Assembly (NCBI GenBank): GCA_963746855.1
Contig: CAVVDC010000011.1
Span: forward strand, 11,047 to 75,046
Source of the DNA: an uncultured Chloroflexia bacterium
GTDB taxonomy: Bacteria; Chloroflexota; Limnocylindria; Limnocylindrales; CSP1-4
Reading direction: 5' to 3'
DNA length: 64,000 bases
Part shown: one piece after another, positions 36,518 through 45,200 of the stretch
Numbering within the stretch: the first letter of the stretch is position 1
How the letters are laid out: each line of letters opens with the position of its first letter
The notes under the pieces: generated by a model
The model's database searches: none
What the model was told of the DNA's origin: nothing
The model's input: only the letters and a program-made list of their open reading frames with translations
Made by a program: the position numbers and the translations under genes

Positions 36518-37750
36518 GTGGTCGACCCGTTCTCACCTGACCAGGAACGGCTGGCCGCCGTCCGGCAGGCCCTGCCGTCGCTGGGGGCCGGGATCTACTT
36601 GAACACCGGGTCCGTCGGCCCCATCCCGGCCGAGTCCGCCGCGGCGATGGCCGAGTTCGCGAACTGGGAGCTGACGACGGGCCGGGCCCACGTCGACGAC
36701 TGGCCGGAAGCCCTCCAGCGCCTGGCCGAGGCGCGAGCTTCCGTGGCGGCCGTGCTCCTCACCGACCCGTCGGCGATCGCGCTCACCCACTCCACGACCG
36801 ACGGCATGAATGCCATCGCCGCAGCCATCGAGTGGCGACCGGGCGACCGGGCACTCACGACCTGCCTCGAGCACGCCGGGGCCGTCGGCCCGCTCTACGC
36901 GCTCCGGGCGCGCGGGATCGAGATCGACTTCGTGGACATCGGCGACGGCGGCGACGACGCCCGGACCCTGTCGGCCGTCGAGGCGGCCATGACGCCCCGG
37001 ACGCGGCTCGTCGTAGCCTCGCACGTGACCTGGGTGACCGGCGCGGTCCTGCCGATCACCGGGCTGGCCGAGCTCGCCCACGCCCGGGGCGCGCTGTTCG
37101 CCGTGGACGGCGCGCAGAGCGTCGGGGCGATCCCCGTCGACTTCGAGGCGACCGGGGCCGATGCCTACGCGGTCGCCGGGCAGAAGTGGCTCCTCGGGCC
37201 GGAGGGTATGGGTGCCCTGGCCATCCGCCCGGACGTGGCCGCCCGGCTGCACCCGGCCTTCGCCGGCTACCTGAGCTTCGAGACCATCGATTCGGTGGGC
37301 ACCGCGGTCTTCCACGCCGACGCGCGGCGGTTCGAGTGGGGGACCTTCCATCGGCCCTCGGTCGTGGGCATGGCTCGCTCCATCTCGTGGCTGTCCATGT
37401 TCGTGGGCCTGGACTGGATCTACGCTCGTGGGACCGCCACGGCCCGGCGTGCGGCGGAACGACTGGCGATGATCCCCGGCGTGACCGTGCTGACCCCGGT
37501 CCACCAGATGGCTACGCTCGTGACCTTTCGGATCGAGGGCTGGGCCGCAGCGGACGCCCTGGCCGAACTGGGTGCCCGCGTGTTCGCCATCGCCCGCACG
37601 ATCGATGCGCTCGATGCCCTGCGCATCAGCGTCGGGTTCTTCACGTCCGACGACGAGCTCGAGCGATTCGCCGAGGCCGTCGAGCTGCTGGCGGGTCACA
37701 CGCCGGCGACCATCCCACCGCGCCGCACCCTGACGATGCTCGGTGGCTGA
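36518..37750 (+). CDS. class V aminotransferase / cysteine desulfurase-like PLP enzyme
   Basis: GTG 36518 in the frame of ORF 36227..37750. ...GIYLNTGSVGP...THSTTDGMN...DGAQSVGAIPVD...YAVAGQKWLLGPEG... Confidence 0.8.
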   Translation: MVDPFSPDQERLAAVRQALPSLGAGIYLNTGSVGPIPAESAAAMAEFANWELTTGRAHVDDWPEALQRLAEARASVAAVLLTDPSAIALTHSTTDGMNAIAAAIEWRPGDRALTTCLEHAGAVGPLYALRARGIEIDFVDIGDGGDDARTLSAVEAAMTPRTRLVVASHVTWVTGAVLPITGLAELAHARGALFAVDGAQSVGAIPVDFEATGADAYAVAGQKWLLGPEGMGALAIRPDVAARLHPAFAGYLSFETIDSVGTAVFHADARRFEWGTFHRPSVVGMARSISWLSMFVGLDWIYARGTATARRAAERLAMIPGVTVLTPVHQMATLVTFRIEGWAAADALAELGARVFAIARTIDALDALRISVGFFTSDDELERFAEAVELLAGHTPATIPPRRTLTMLGG

Positions 37751-38138
37751 CGTGCCGCCGGTCCGCCGGCGCAACTGGGCGGAGGTCCGCTGGCGCCAGT
37801 TCCGGCATGCGCCGCGGCCGGTCGTGCGGGCCGTGACGGCCAGCCTGGGCGTGGCCACGGTGCTGGCGATCGCGTATCTCGCCTATGACGTGGCACTCAG
37901 CCGGGGAGTGTCCGTGCCCGGCGGCGACCTGCGCACGCTCGCGATCGCGGTCTACATCGTCGTCGTGCTGGGAGCGGGGGCGCTGCTGACATACCTGTTC
38001 GTGCCCCAGCCGACGGGTTCGGGCACCGTTGCGCGCCGGTCCGCCTGGAGCGCGGCCCTTGGATTCTTCGCGGCCGTGCCCATCGCGTACCTCGTCATGG
38101 TCGTCGCCGTGCAGGTGATCCGACCACTCCTGGGGTGA
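37743..38138 (+). CDS. membrane protein, unknown function
   Basis: 131 aa, 3-4 TM. It overlaps the upstream stop. Start ambiguous. Confidence 0.5.
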   Translation: MADVPPVRRRNWAEVRWRQFRHAPRPVVRAVTASLGVATVLAIAYLAYDVALSRGVSVPGGDLRTLAIAVYIVVVLGAGALLTYLFVPQPTGSGTVARRSAWSAALGFFAAVPIAYLVMVVAVQVIRPLLG

Positions 38139-38279
38139 CGACGCGCACCAGAAAGCGCTCCAAGGACGACGAAGGACTGGACGCCACCGGTACCATCCTC
38201 CGGTATCCTTCGCCGGGGTCAAGGTCGAAGGTCGGGGTCGCCGGCCACCGCTACCGGAAATCGTCGTTCGAGGTCAGCG

Positions 38280-38579
38280 TTGTCCATCGAGGAGCAGCAC
38301 GTCGCATTGCCCAAGCTCTACGGAGCTCCGGCGTATGCACGTCCCGCGCCCATCGTCGACCCCACACCGCGGCCGTTCGACCGCGATGAGCTGCCGCTCG
38401 AGGCGGTCATGACCGACGAGGAGCGCGACATCGCCGAGCAGATGCCGGCCGGTGCTTACGCGACGATCTCGTACGCCTCGGACACGGAGACCTCCGGTCC
38501 TGATGGCAACGGCACCAGGAGCGGGGCCCGACCGTTCCGCCTGCGATCGATCGCGGGCCGCCTGCGCAAGGGCAACTGA
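38280..38579 (+). CDS. hypothetical protein
   Basis: 99 aa, TTG start with a GAGG RBS 8 nt upstream. The composition is plausible but I recognise no motif. Confidence 0.4.
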   Translation: MSIEEQHVALPKLYGAPAYARPAPIVDPTPRPFDRDELPLEAVMTDEERDIAEQMPAGAYATISYASDTETSGPDGNGTRSGARPFRLRSIAGRLRKGN

Positions 38580-38626
38580 CCGCTGGTCTCGGTCCGGCGC
38601 TCACCGGCCGGGTGTAGCATCGCGGC

Positions 38627-38702
38627 GGGGGAGTAGCTCAACGGTCAGAGCGGCGGGCTTATATCCCGCTGGTTCCAGGTTCGAGTCCTGGCTCCCCTAC
38701 CA
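38627..38702 (+). tRNA. tRNA-Ile with anticodon TAT (UAU), CCA encoded
   Basis: I folded it by hand as a cloverleaf. Acceptor GGGGGAG/CTCCCCT (G1-U72), D-stem GCTC/GAGC with a GG loop, anticodon stem GCGGG/CCCGC, anticodon loop C-T-TAT-A-T, 5-nt variable loop, T-arm CCAGG-TTCGAGT-CCTGG, discriminator A73, then CCA. Total 76 nt. Confidence 0.85.
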
Positions 38703-38723
38703 CCGGTCGGTGGCGGCGGCGCG

Positions 38724-39416
38724 TCAGCCGCGCGGCTTGACCAGCCGCACGAGCCGGGCCAGCCGCGCCTCGTTCAGACTGCGCTGCCGGGGCAGCGATT
38801 CGAGCCAGGCCGGGATGTCCTCGATCGTGAGGAGCGCGCACCCCCGCGGCCGTTCGATCTCGACGGGCCCGCCGACGACGGCCGCGTGGACCCGCACGAC
38901 GAAGTCCTGATCGTTCTGCGTGAGCCAGTGGCGGACGCGGTCCGCATCGCGCATCGCCTGGGTCACGTCGTCCTCGGACACTTCGCTGGCCTCGATCATC
39001 GCGACGAGGCCGAACGCCCCGACCAGCAGGGCCGGCGCCGGGCGCCCATCGTCGAGCGTCAGGTCTCGGACGAGCACGACGTCGTCGGGCAGGCTCCGCA
39101 GGAGTCGATCGCCGCGGCGACCCCAGGCGCCACGCACCGCCCCGGCCGTCCGGGCCAGTCGGTTCGTCCCGACGACCACGAACGCCGCCGGCACGGCCAG
39201 GGCCAGGGCGAGCATCAGCATGCCGGGCTGCGACGCGGTCGCGTCGGGCCGGATCGCGGCCGACACCGCGGCCGAGATCGCGGCCAGGACGGGCGTGCTC
39301 CACGCCACGTACGCGAGCCACAGGCCGCCGATCACCAGGAGCGTCCCGACCAGCGTGCCGCCCATGACCGAGTCGCGGCCGTTCCGGCTCGGAACGGTCG
39401 TGGTGTGGAGGTGCAT
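38724..39416 (-). CDS. membrane protein with NERD-like C-terminal domain
   Basis: ORF track gives 38724..39770. Start probably ATG (complement 39414-39416). Two to three TMs are followed by ...LLRSLPDDVVLVRDLTLDDGRPAPALLVGAFGLVAMIEASE..., which resembles NERD-domain topology with degenerate catalytic residues. Confidence 0.45.
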   Translation of the reverse strand: MHLHTTTVPSRNGRDSVMGGTLVGTLLVIGGLWLAYVAWSTPVLAAISAAVSAAIRPDATASQPGMLMLALALAVPAAFVVVGTNRLARTAGAVRGAWGRRGDRLLRSLPDDVVLVRDLTLDDGRPAPALLVGAFGLVAMIEASEVSEDDVTQAMRDADRVRHWLTQNDQDFVVRVHAAVVGGPVEIERPRGCALLTIEDIPAWLESLPRQRSLNEARLARLVRLVKPRG

Positions 39417-39681
39417 CTGTGCATCGTGCGCTCGGCGGTGGGCCATGCGTATGCCCCGAGCGGGGTAACCGCGAATGGGCCGGTCGGCCCACCATCGTCC
39501 CCGCACCACGCCGGACCGCACCCGGACGTTGCCCCGACGCAACTCGTGCTGGTGCCTGGGGCTCATTCGTCGCTCTCCGGTGGTCCGGCCCGGCGCCTGA
39601 CCCCCGTACCATTGTTTGCGCCCGCTCCCCGCAGCCATCCTCGGACCGGCACGACGTGTGCCCTGGTTGGAGGCGAGCCAC

Positions 39682-41253
39682 GTGCGGGTGGGCCATCGAG
39701 TGCGATCGAGACGAGCGGCCTGGGTGCCGTTCAGCGCGCTCCTGGCCGCTGGCGCCATGGTCCTGGCCATCGTCGCACCGGTGTCGGCCGCTCAGCCGAT
39801 CCTGTTCGATCCGGTCGTGAACCCCCGTTCCGGTCCGCCGGACACGACGATCCAGCTCCACGTCATGTACGGGTACGACTCGAACGACGGTCCGCACGGG
39901 CCGGAATACGTGCGGGTGAGGATCGGCGATCGGACGGTCCGGATGCACAGTGACGATGGCAAGCACGACTGGTTGCACGGCGTCGGCTATCACGGCGACG
40001 TCACGCTCCCGGTGGGCACCTACCCGGTCACCTTCGAGGCCAGGAGCCACCATCACGAGACGGTGACGCTCGCCGCCGGGTCGATCACCGTCGCACCGCC
40101 ACCGACCCCGACGCCGAAGGCCACCCCGACCCCGACCCCCACCCCGAAGCCGATCGCGACGCCCAAGCCCAAGCCGAAGCCCCAGCCCAAGCCCGACCCG
40201 AAGCCGACCGCCGAGCCGGCCGGGCGAGCCCGAGTCACCACGAAACCGGCTCCGAAGCCCACGCCCAAGGCGGTCCCGCAGTTCGCAGCGGAGCCAGCCC
40301 TCGCGCCGGCGCCGCTGTTCGAGCCTCCGACCAGGTCGGAGACGGCGCCTGTAACCCCGGCACCGTCCGCGTCACCAGCCGTCGTTGCGGCGCTCGTGCC
40401 GGGATCCACCTCGGGTGGCGGGTCCGGCGACGCGCCGTCCGCTGCCACGGGCGGCGGCGCTGGCCCGACGGTCGGACCGGCACCGTGGGGGCCGCTCACG
40501 AGCGTGATCGCGGCGCTCGGCCTTGACCTGCCCGACCTGCCCACCCTGCCGCTGGTCCCGACCGTGGTGACCACGACCGGACTGGCCGCCGCATCGATGG
40601 CGATGGGCCTTTTCGGACGTCGGCGGCGTGAGGACGAGGAGCCCGACCTTGGCCCGCTGCTCGCCGCCGACGCGGCGAAGGGCGTGGGCGTCGGAGGCCG
40701 TGCGCTCGGCGGACCCGAGGCGGGCGATGGATCGGACGACGAGGACGAGGACGACGACGACGCCGATGGACTCGACGACGACGACGGACCTTCGGCGGAC
40801 AACGAGGCTGCCCTGCCGCGATGGCGCCGACCGTCGCTGCTGCAGGCGCGCAAGGCCGACCCGCTCCGCACCGAGCCAGCGGCGCCCCGACTCTTCTTCG
40901 ACCGGGGCCTGCAGGGAACGCTCGCGGGGCACGAGCGGCGACTCATCCGCTATACGGTCGTTCGCCTCCTCGACGTCCCCGACGAGCTGCGGGGCCGGGA
41001 GATCGGCGCGCTCGGCGATGGCGACGAGGTGGAGCTCCTCGAACGCCAGGGCGCCTACTGGCTCGTGGCCTGTCCGGACGGCGGCCGCGGCTGGATCCAC
41101 AAGATGACGCTCGGGGCGGTCGTCGGGGGCGGGACGGTGTCTGATTCCCCGACCGCCACGCTGCCGATCGCCGCCGAGAGCTGGACGATGGGCGACGACG
41201 TCGACGAGGACGTCCTGGCCGCCTACCTCGCCTCGCGCCGCCGCAGCGACTGA
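39682..41253 (+). CDS. single-pass membrane protein: exported Ig-like domain, Pro/Thr/Lys linker, TM, acidic segment, C-terminal SH3-like domain
   Basis: GTG 39682 with a GGAGG RBS at 39669-39673. Signal peptide ...LLAAGAMVLAIVAPVSAAQP. TM TTGLAAASMAMGLFGRRRRE. C-terminus ...GDGDEVELLERQGAYWLVACPDGGRGWIHKMTL (bacterial SH3-like). Confidence 0.65.
   Translation: MRVGHRVRSRRAAWVPFSALLAAGAMVLAIVAPVSAAQPILFDPVVNPRSGPPDTTIQLHVMYGYDSNDGPHGPEYVRVRIGDRTVRMHSDDGKHDWLHGVGYHGDVTLPVGTYPVTFEARSHHHETVTLAAGSITVAPPPTPTPKATPTPTPTPKPIATPKPKPKPQPKPDPKPTAEPAGRARVTTKPAPKPTPKAVPQFAAEPALAPAPLFEPPTRSETAPVTPAPSASPAVVAALVPGSTSGGGSGDAPSAATGGGAGPTVGPAPWGPLTSVIAALGLDLPDLPTLPLVPTVVTTTGLAAASMAMGLFGRRRREDEEPDLGPLLAADAAKGVGVGGRALGGPEAGDGSDDEDEDDDDADGLDDDDGPSADNEAALPRWRRPSLLQARKADPLRTEPAAPRLFFDRGLQGTLAGHERRLIRYTVVRLLDVPDELRGREIGALGDGDEVELLERQGAYWLVACPDGGRGWIHKMTLGAVVGGGTVSDSPTATLPIAAESWTMGDDVDEDVLAAYLASRRRSD
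40093..40215 (+). repeat. low-complexity Pro/Thr/Lys-coding tract
   Basis: Encodes APPPTPTPKATPTPTPTPKPIATPKPKPKPQPKPDPKPTAEP. Boundaries approximate. Confidence 0.7.
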
Positions 41254-42170
41254 CGAGGGGCCGGCTCGCGTCGCAGCACGATGATGTGCTGGTGGGCGAT
41301 GTTCGGCACGAACGCGCGCGGGTAGCCGTACGGCCGGAGGCGGGTCCCCGCCTGGTACCAGACGAGGTCGCCCTTGGGCACGAGGCCGGCCGCCGACGCA
41401 CGGGCGGCGAGGTCGGCGGCGGTGAACAGGTAACGCCCGTCCTGGTAGGCATCGCGCACGATGACCGTCGCGTACCGGCCCGGCCGCAGCACGCGGGCCA
41501 TCTCCCCGAAGGCCACGCCCATCCGATCGAGGAACGTCGGGTAGTCGGGGGCATTGGCGAGGTCGGCCGGCAATTCGGTGACCATCGCGTAGTCGGTCCG
41601 GCGATTGGCATGCGTCTCGGCCAGCTTCCCGCCGGCCATCGTGAGCGGCAGCTGCACGTTGTACGGCGGATCCGTGGCGATGAAGTCGACCGAGGCCTCG
41701 GGCAGGTCGGGCAGGATCGCCAGCGCGTCGCCGAGGCGCAGCTCGAGCCCGGACGGATCGAAGCCGCGCGGGCCGCCCGGGTCCGTCGCGCCAAGATCGG
41801 CGATGAGCGGCCCCACTCCGTCGCGCTCGGCGGCGAGATCGAGCACGACGCGTTCGTAGACGGCGAGCCAGCGCGGCTCCAGCTCGATGCCCAGGGCCCG
41901 ACGCGGACCGCGGGCGATGGCCGCCCCGAGCAGCGTCCCGCCGACCCCGGCGAACGGGTCGAGGACGAGTTCGCCGGTCCGGGTGAAGAACTCGATGAGG
42001 CGTGCCATCAACCTGGGCGGCTTGTTCGCGCCGTGCGCCTTGCGCGCGACGTGCCCGAGTTCCGACGGATAGGCCGTCGTGAGCACGGACTTCGTGAAGT
42101 AGAGCCACTCCTCGCCGCTCAGCTCGTTGAGCGTGTTGTCGGGATGTGGAGCCGCGCGCCCATCGGTCAT
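41223..42170 (-). CDS. N4/N6-type DNA methyltransferase-like protein (orphan, permuted motif order)
   Basis: Start at ATG (complement 42168-42170). The AdoMet motif ...NKPPRLMARLIEFFTRTGELVLDPFAGVGGTLLGA... precedes the catalytic motif ...SVDFIATDPPYNV..., which is followed by ...EMARVLRPGRYATVIV... Confidence 0.65.
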   Translation of the reverse strand: MTDGRAAPHPDNTLNELSGEEWLYFTKSVLTTAYPSELGHVARKAHGANKPPRLMARLIEFFTRTGELVLDPFAGVGGTLLGAAIARGPRRALGIELEPRWLAVYERVVLDLAAERDGVGPLIADLGATDPGGPRGFDPSGLELRLGDALAILPDLPEASVDFIATDPPYNVQLPLTMAGGKLAETHANRRTDYAMVTELPADLANAPDYPTFLDRMGVAFGEMARVLRPGRYATVIVRDAYQDGRYLFTAADLAARASAAGLVPKGDLVWYQAGTRLRPYGYPRAFVPNIAHQHIIVLRREPAPRQSLRRREAR

Positions 42171-42264
42171 CGCCACCCAGCCTAGCCGAGGCACTGGGCC
42201 GGCGTTCCATGCGCGGCCCGCGACCCCGGGTCATCGGGCCTCGGGCCCCGGCCTAGAATGGTTC

Positions 42265-45200
42265 ATGCCCGGCCGGTACACGAGCGCGCGGTATGTGGGG
42301 CGCGAAGGCGCCTTCGTGCGGCTGGCTTCTGTCCTCGATGACGCCATCCGCGGACGAGCCCGCGCGATGCTCCTGAGCGGCCCGGCCGGTGTCGGGATCA
42401 GCCGCTTCCTCGACGAGGCGATCGCGCGCATCGGCGGCCTCCCAGAACCCATGCGGGTCCTGCGCGGCGGGGCGATGCCGGCCGGCACGGACGAGCCGTA
42501 CGGACCGGTCGTGCGGTCCGTGGGCCCCGCACTCGACGCCCTGTCCGACGACGACCTGGACGCCGTGCTGGGGCCGGCCGCGCCCGATATCGCCCGGATC
42601 ATGCCCAGCGTGGCGGCTCGCCTCGAGGCGGCCGGACAGGGCCCGCTGGCGCGCCACGAGGGTGCCCCGGAACGTCGCCAGGCCCGGGCGCTCGAGGGCG
42701 TCCTTGGCACGCTGGGCCGGCTCGGTGAGCGGGAACCGATCGTCCTGGTGCTCGAGGACCTGCACCGCGCTGACGCGGCGACGCGGGCGCTGGTCACGTT
42801 CCTCGCCCGGATCGCGTCGGACCAGCGACTCGCGCTCATCGTCTCGGACCAGCCGAACATCGTGCCCAGCGACGACCCGTGGATGAGCGCTGTCGCCTCG
42901 ATCGTGGCCTCGCCACGACCGCTCGAGCGACTGGCCCTGCCGGTCCTCGACCGGGGAGAACTGGCCGCCCTCATCGAAGGCATCGAAGGCGAACGCGCGT
43001 CGGCCAGCCTCCTGCTCCTGGTGTCGGAGCGATCGGGTGGCAGTCCGCTCGTCGCCGAGGAGATGCTCGCCGCCCGTCGCGAGTTGCCGACGATCTCGTT
43101 GACCGGCTCGCTCGACGAGCTGGTCATGAGTCGGCTCGCGATCCGTTCTCTCGAATGCCGCCGGGTGTTGCGGCTGCTGGCGCCGGCCGGCCGTCCACTC
43201 GCCGCGGAGCGCCTGGCTGCGATCGCGGCGGACTTCGAGGTCGAGACGGACCGCCCCGCCCCCCGCACCGTGAGCGGCCAGCGCCGGGGGGACGGCATCC
43301 TGGGCGGGGATCTGGCCGCGGGCCTCGAGGAAGGGATCGAGCACGGGTTCCTGGTCGAGCGGGACGACGCCATCGGGTTCCGACACGAGCTCATCGGCGC
43401 GGCCGTCGAGCGCGACCTGCTCCCGCTGGCCAGGACCCGACACCATGCTGCCCTGGCCGCCGGCCTCGTCGACCTGCCCGCCGCGGCCGCCCACCACTGG
43501 CTCGAGGCCCACGATGCCGGTGCGGCCCGCGACGCGGCCATCGCCGCCGCTGCGTTCGCCGCCAAGCGTCACGCCGCGGCCGACGAGCTTGCGGCCCTCG
43601 AGCTCGCGCTCGCCCTGAGCGACCAGGCCAAGGGATACGACCGGACACGACGTCGCTCGGAACGGGCGGCCGCCATCCGCGCCTCCGACCGGGCCGAACT
43701 CCAGGAACGGGCGGCGATCGCCGCGTTCGCGATCGGGCGCACCTCCCGCGCCTCCGCATTCCTTGAGTCGGCCATCGGGGCCCTGGACGCCCGACGCGAT
43801 CGCGTGCGGGCCGGGCTGATGTACGACCAGCTGGCCCACATCCGCCGAGCCGCGGGCGACTCGGCCGGGGCGCGAGCGGCGTCGCAGCGTGCGGTGAGCC
43901 TGGTCCCGCGCGACCCGAGTCCGGAGCGAGCGACGGTCCTCGCGTCCCTGGCGCAGCTGTACATGGTCGATGGCATCTTCTCGGACGGCCAGCGGCTGGC
44001 CCGGGAGGCGATCAAGGTCGCCCGCGCCTGCGATCCCGTGGCGCGCGACCAGGAGATCCACGCGACGACGACCCTCGGCGTGGCGCTCGCCTGGGGACGC
44101 GATCCCAACGCCGCCATCGAGCTGCTGCGGGAGGCCGAGCGCGCCGCCCGCGAGATCGACGACCCGGACGCGCTGTTCCGCATCACCGCCAACCTGACCA
44201 CGGTCCTCGATCTCGTCGGCCGCCGGGCGGAGGCGGTCGACGTGGCGTACCGAGGCATCGACGACGCCCGACGCGCCGGCCTCGAAGCGGTCTACGGCAA
44301 CTTCCTCGCGGGCAACGTCGCCGAATCGCTGATCCTGCTGGGTCGCTGGGCGGAGGCGCGCGTGCTGGGCATGCGGGCGTTGGCCTGGCAGCCCGTCGGG
44401 GTCGTCTTCCTGATGACGATGGTCCAGATGGCCGCCCTCGAGATCGAGACCGAGGCCGGGGAGCGGGCGGCCCGCCTGCTCGGCCAGACGGTCCTCGAGT
44501 TCGATGCGCTGCGCGAGCCGCAGCTGGCGGGCCCGTACTACCTGGCGGCTGCCTCGTACGCGCTCTGGCGCGGCGACGTCGCCGACGCCGGCCGTTCGGT
44601 GGATCGTGGCTGGGCCGTGGTCCGGACCACCGAGGAGTGGGTGCTGGCGGCACGGATGGCGGCCATGGTCACGCAGGTGGACGCGGCAACCGGTGCCGAG
44701 GCGCGTGACCGCCGCCAGCTTGCTCCGCTGGCCGCCGCGCGGACCCGCACGGCGGAGGTCCTCCAGACGGCGGTCGACCTCGTCGAGGCGGGCGGTGCGC
44801 CGCCATCGGCCGGATCACGCAAGGTCGCCGAGGCCTACCTCGCCACGGCGCGCGGATTCCAGCGCCGCCTGGAGGGCGACGACGATCCGGCGGTCTGGGC
44901 CAAGGTCGCGACGATGTGGCAGGCCCTCTCCGCACCGTACGAGGTGGCACTCGCGCGCTGGCGACAGGCCGAGGCGACGATGGCGATGGACGGCGCGCGT
45001 GCCGGGCGCACGCGTGCCCGCAAGCCGCTCGTGGAGTCAGTCCGACTTGCCGTCGGGCTGGAGGCGCGGCCGCTCCTGCGGAACCTCCGCGAACTGGCCG
45101 GCCGGGCGCGGATCGAGCTGCCCGAGGAGGTCGACCGCGTCCTGGGCGAAGTGCCGACGGTGATGGCCGCCTCGTCAAGCGCGACGACGGCACCGGCGGC

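Noticed and set aside
40053-42234. Long minus-strand ORFs 40053..40946 and 40372..42234 (297 and 620 aa)
   Set aside because: They are shadows of the SH3-protein gene and a frame-shifted reading of the methyltransferase region. The composition is low-complexity Ser/Arg/Pro/Gly with no motifs.
42231-44061. Minus-strand ORFs of 444 and 602 aa inside the LAL regulator gene
   Set aside because: These are typical high-GC antisense ORFs that are Arg/Ser/Ala-rich. The plus strand has the P-loop, TPR-like region and LuxR HTH.
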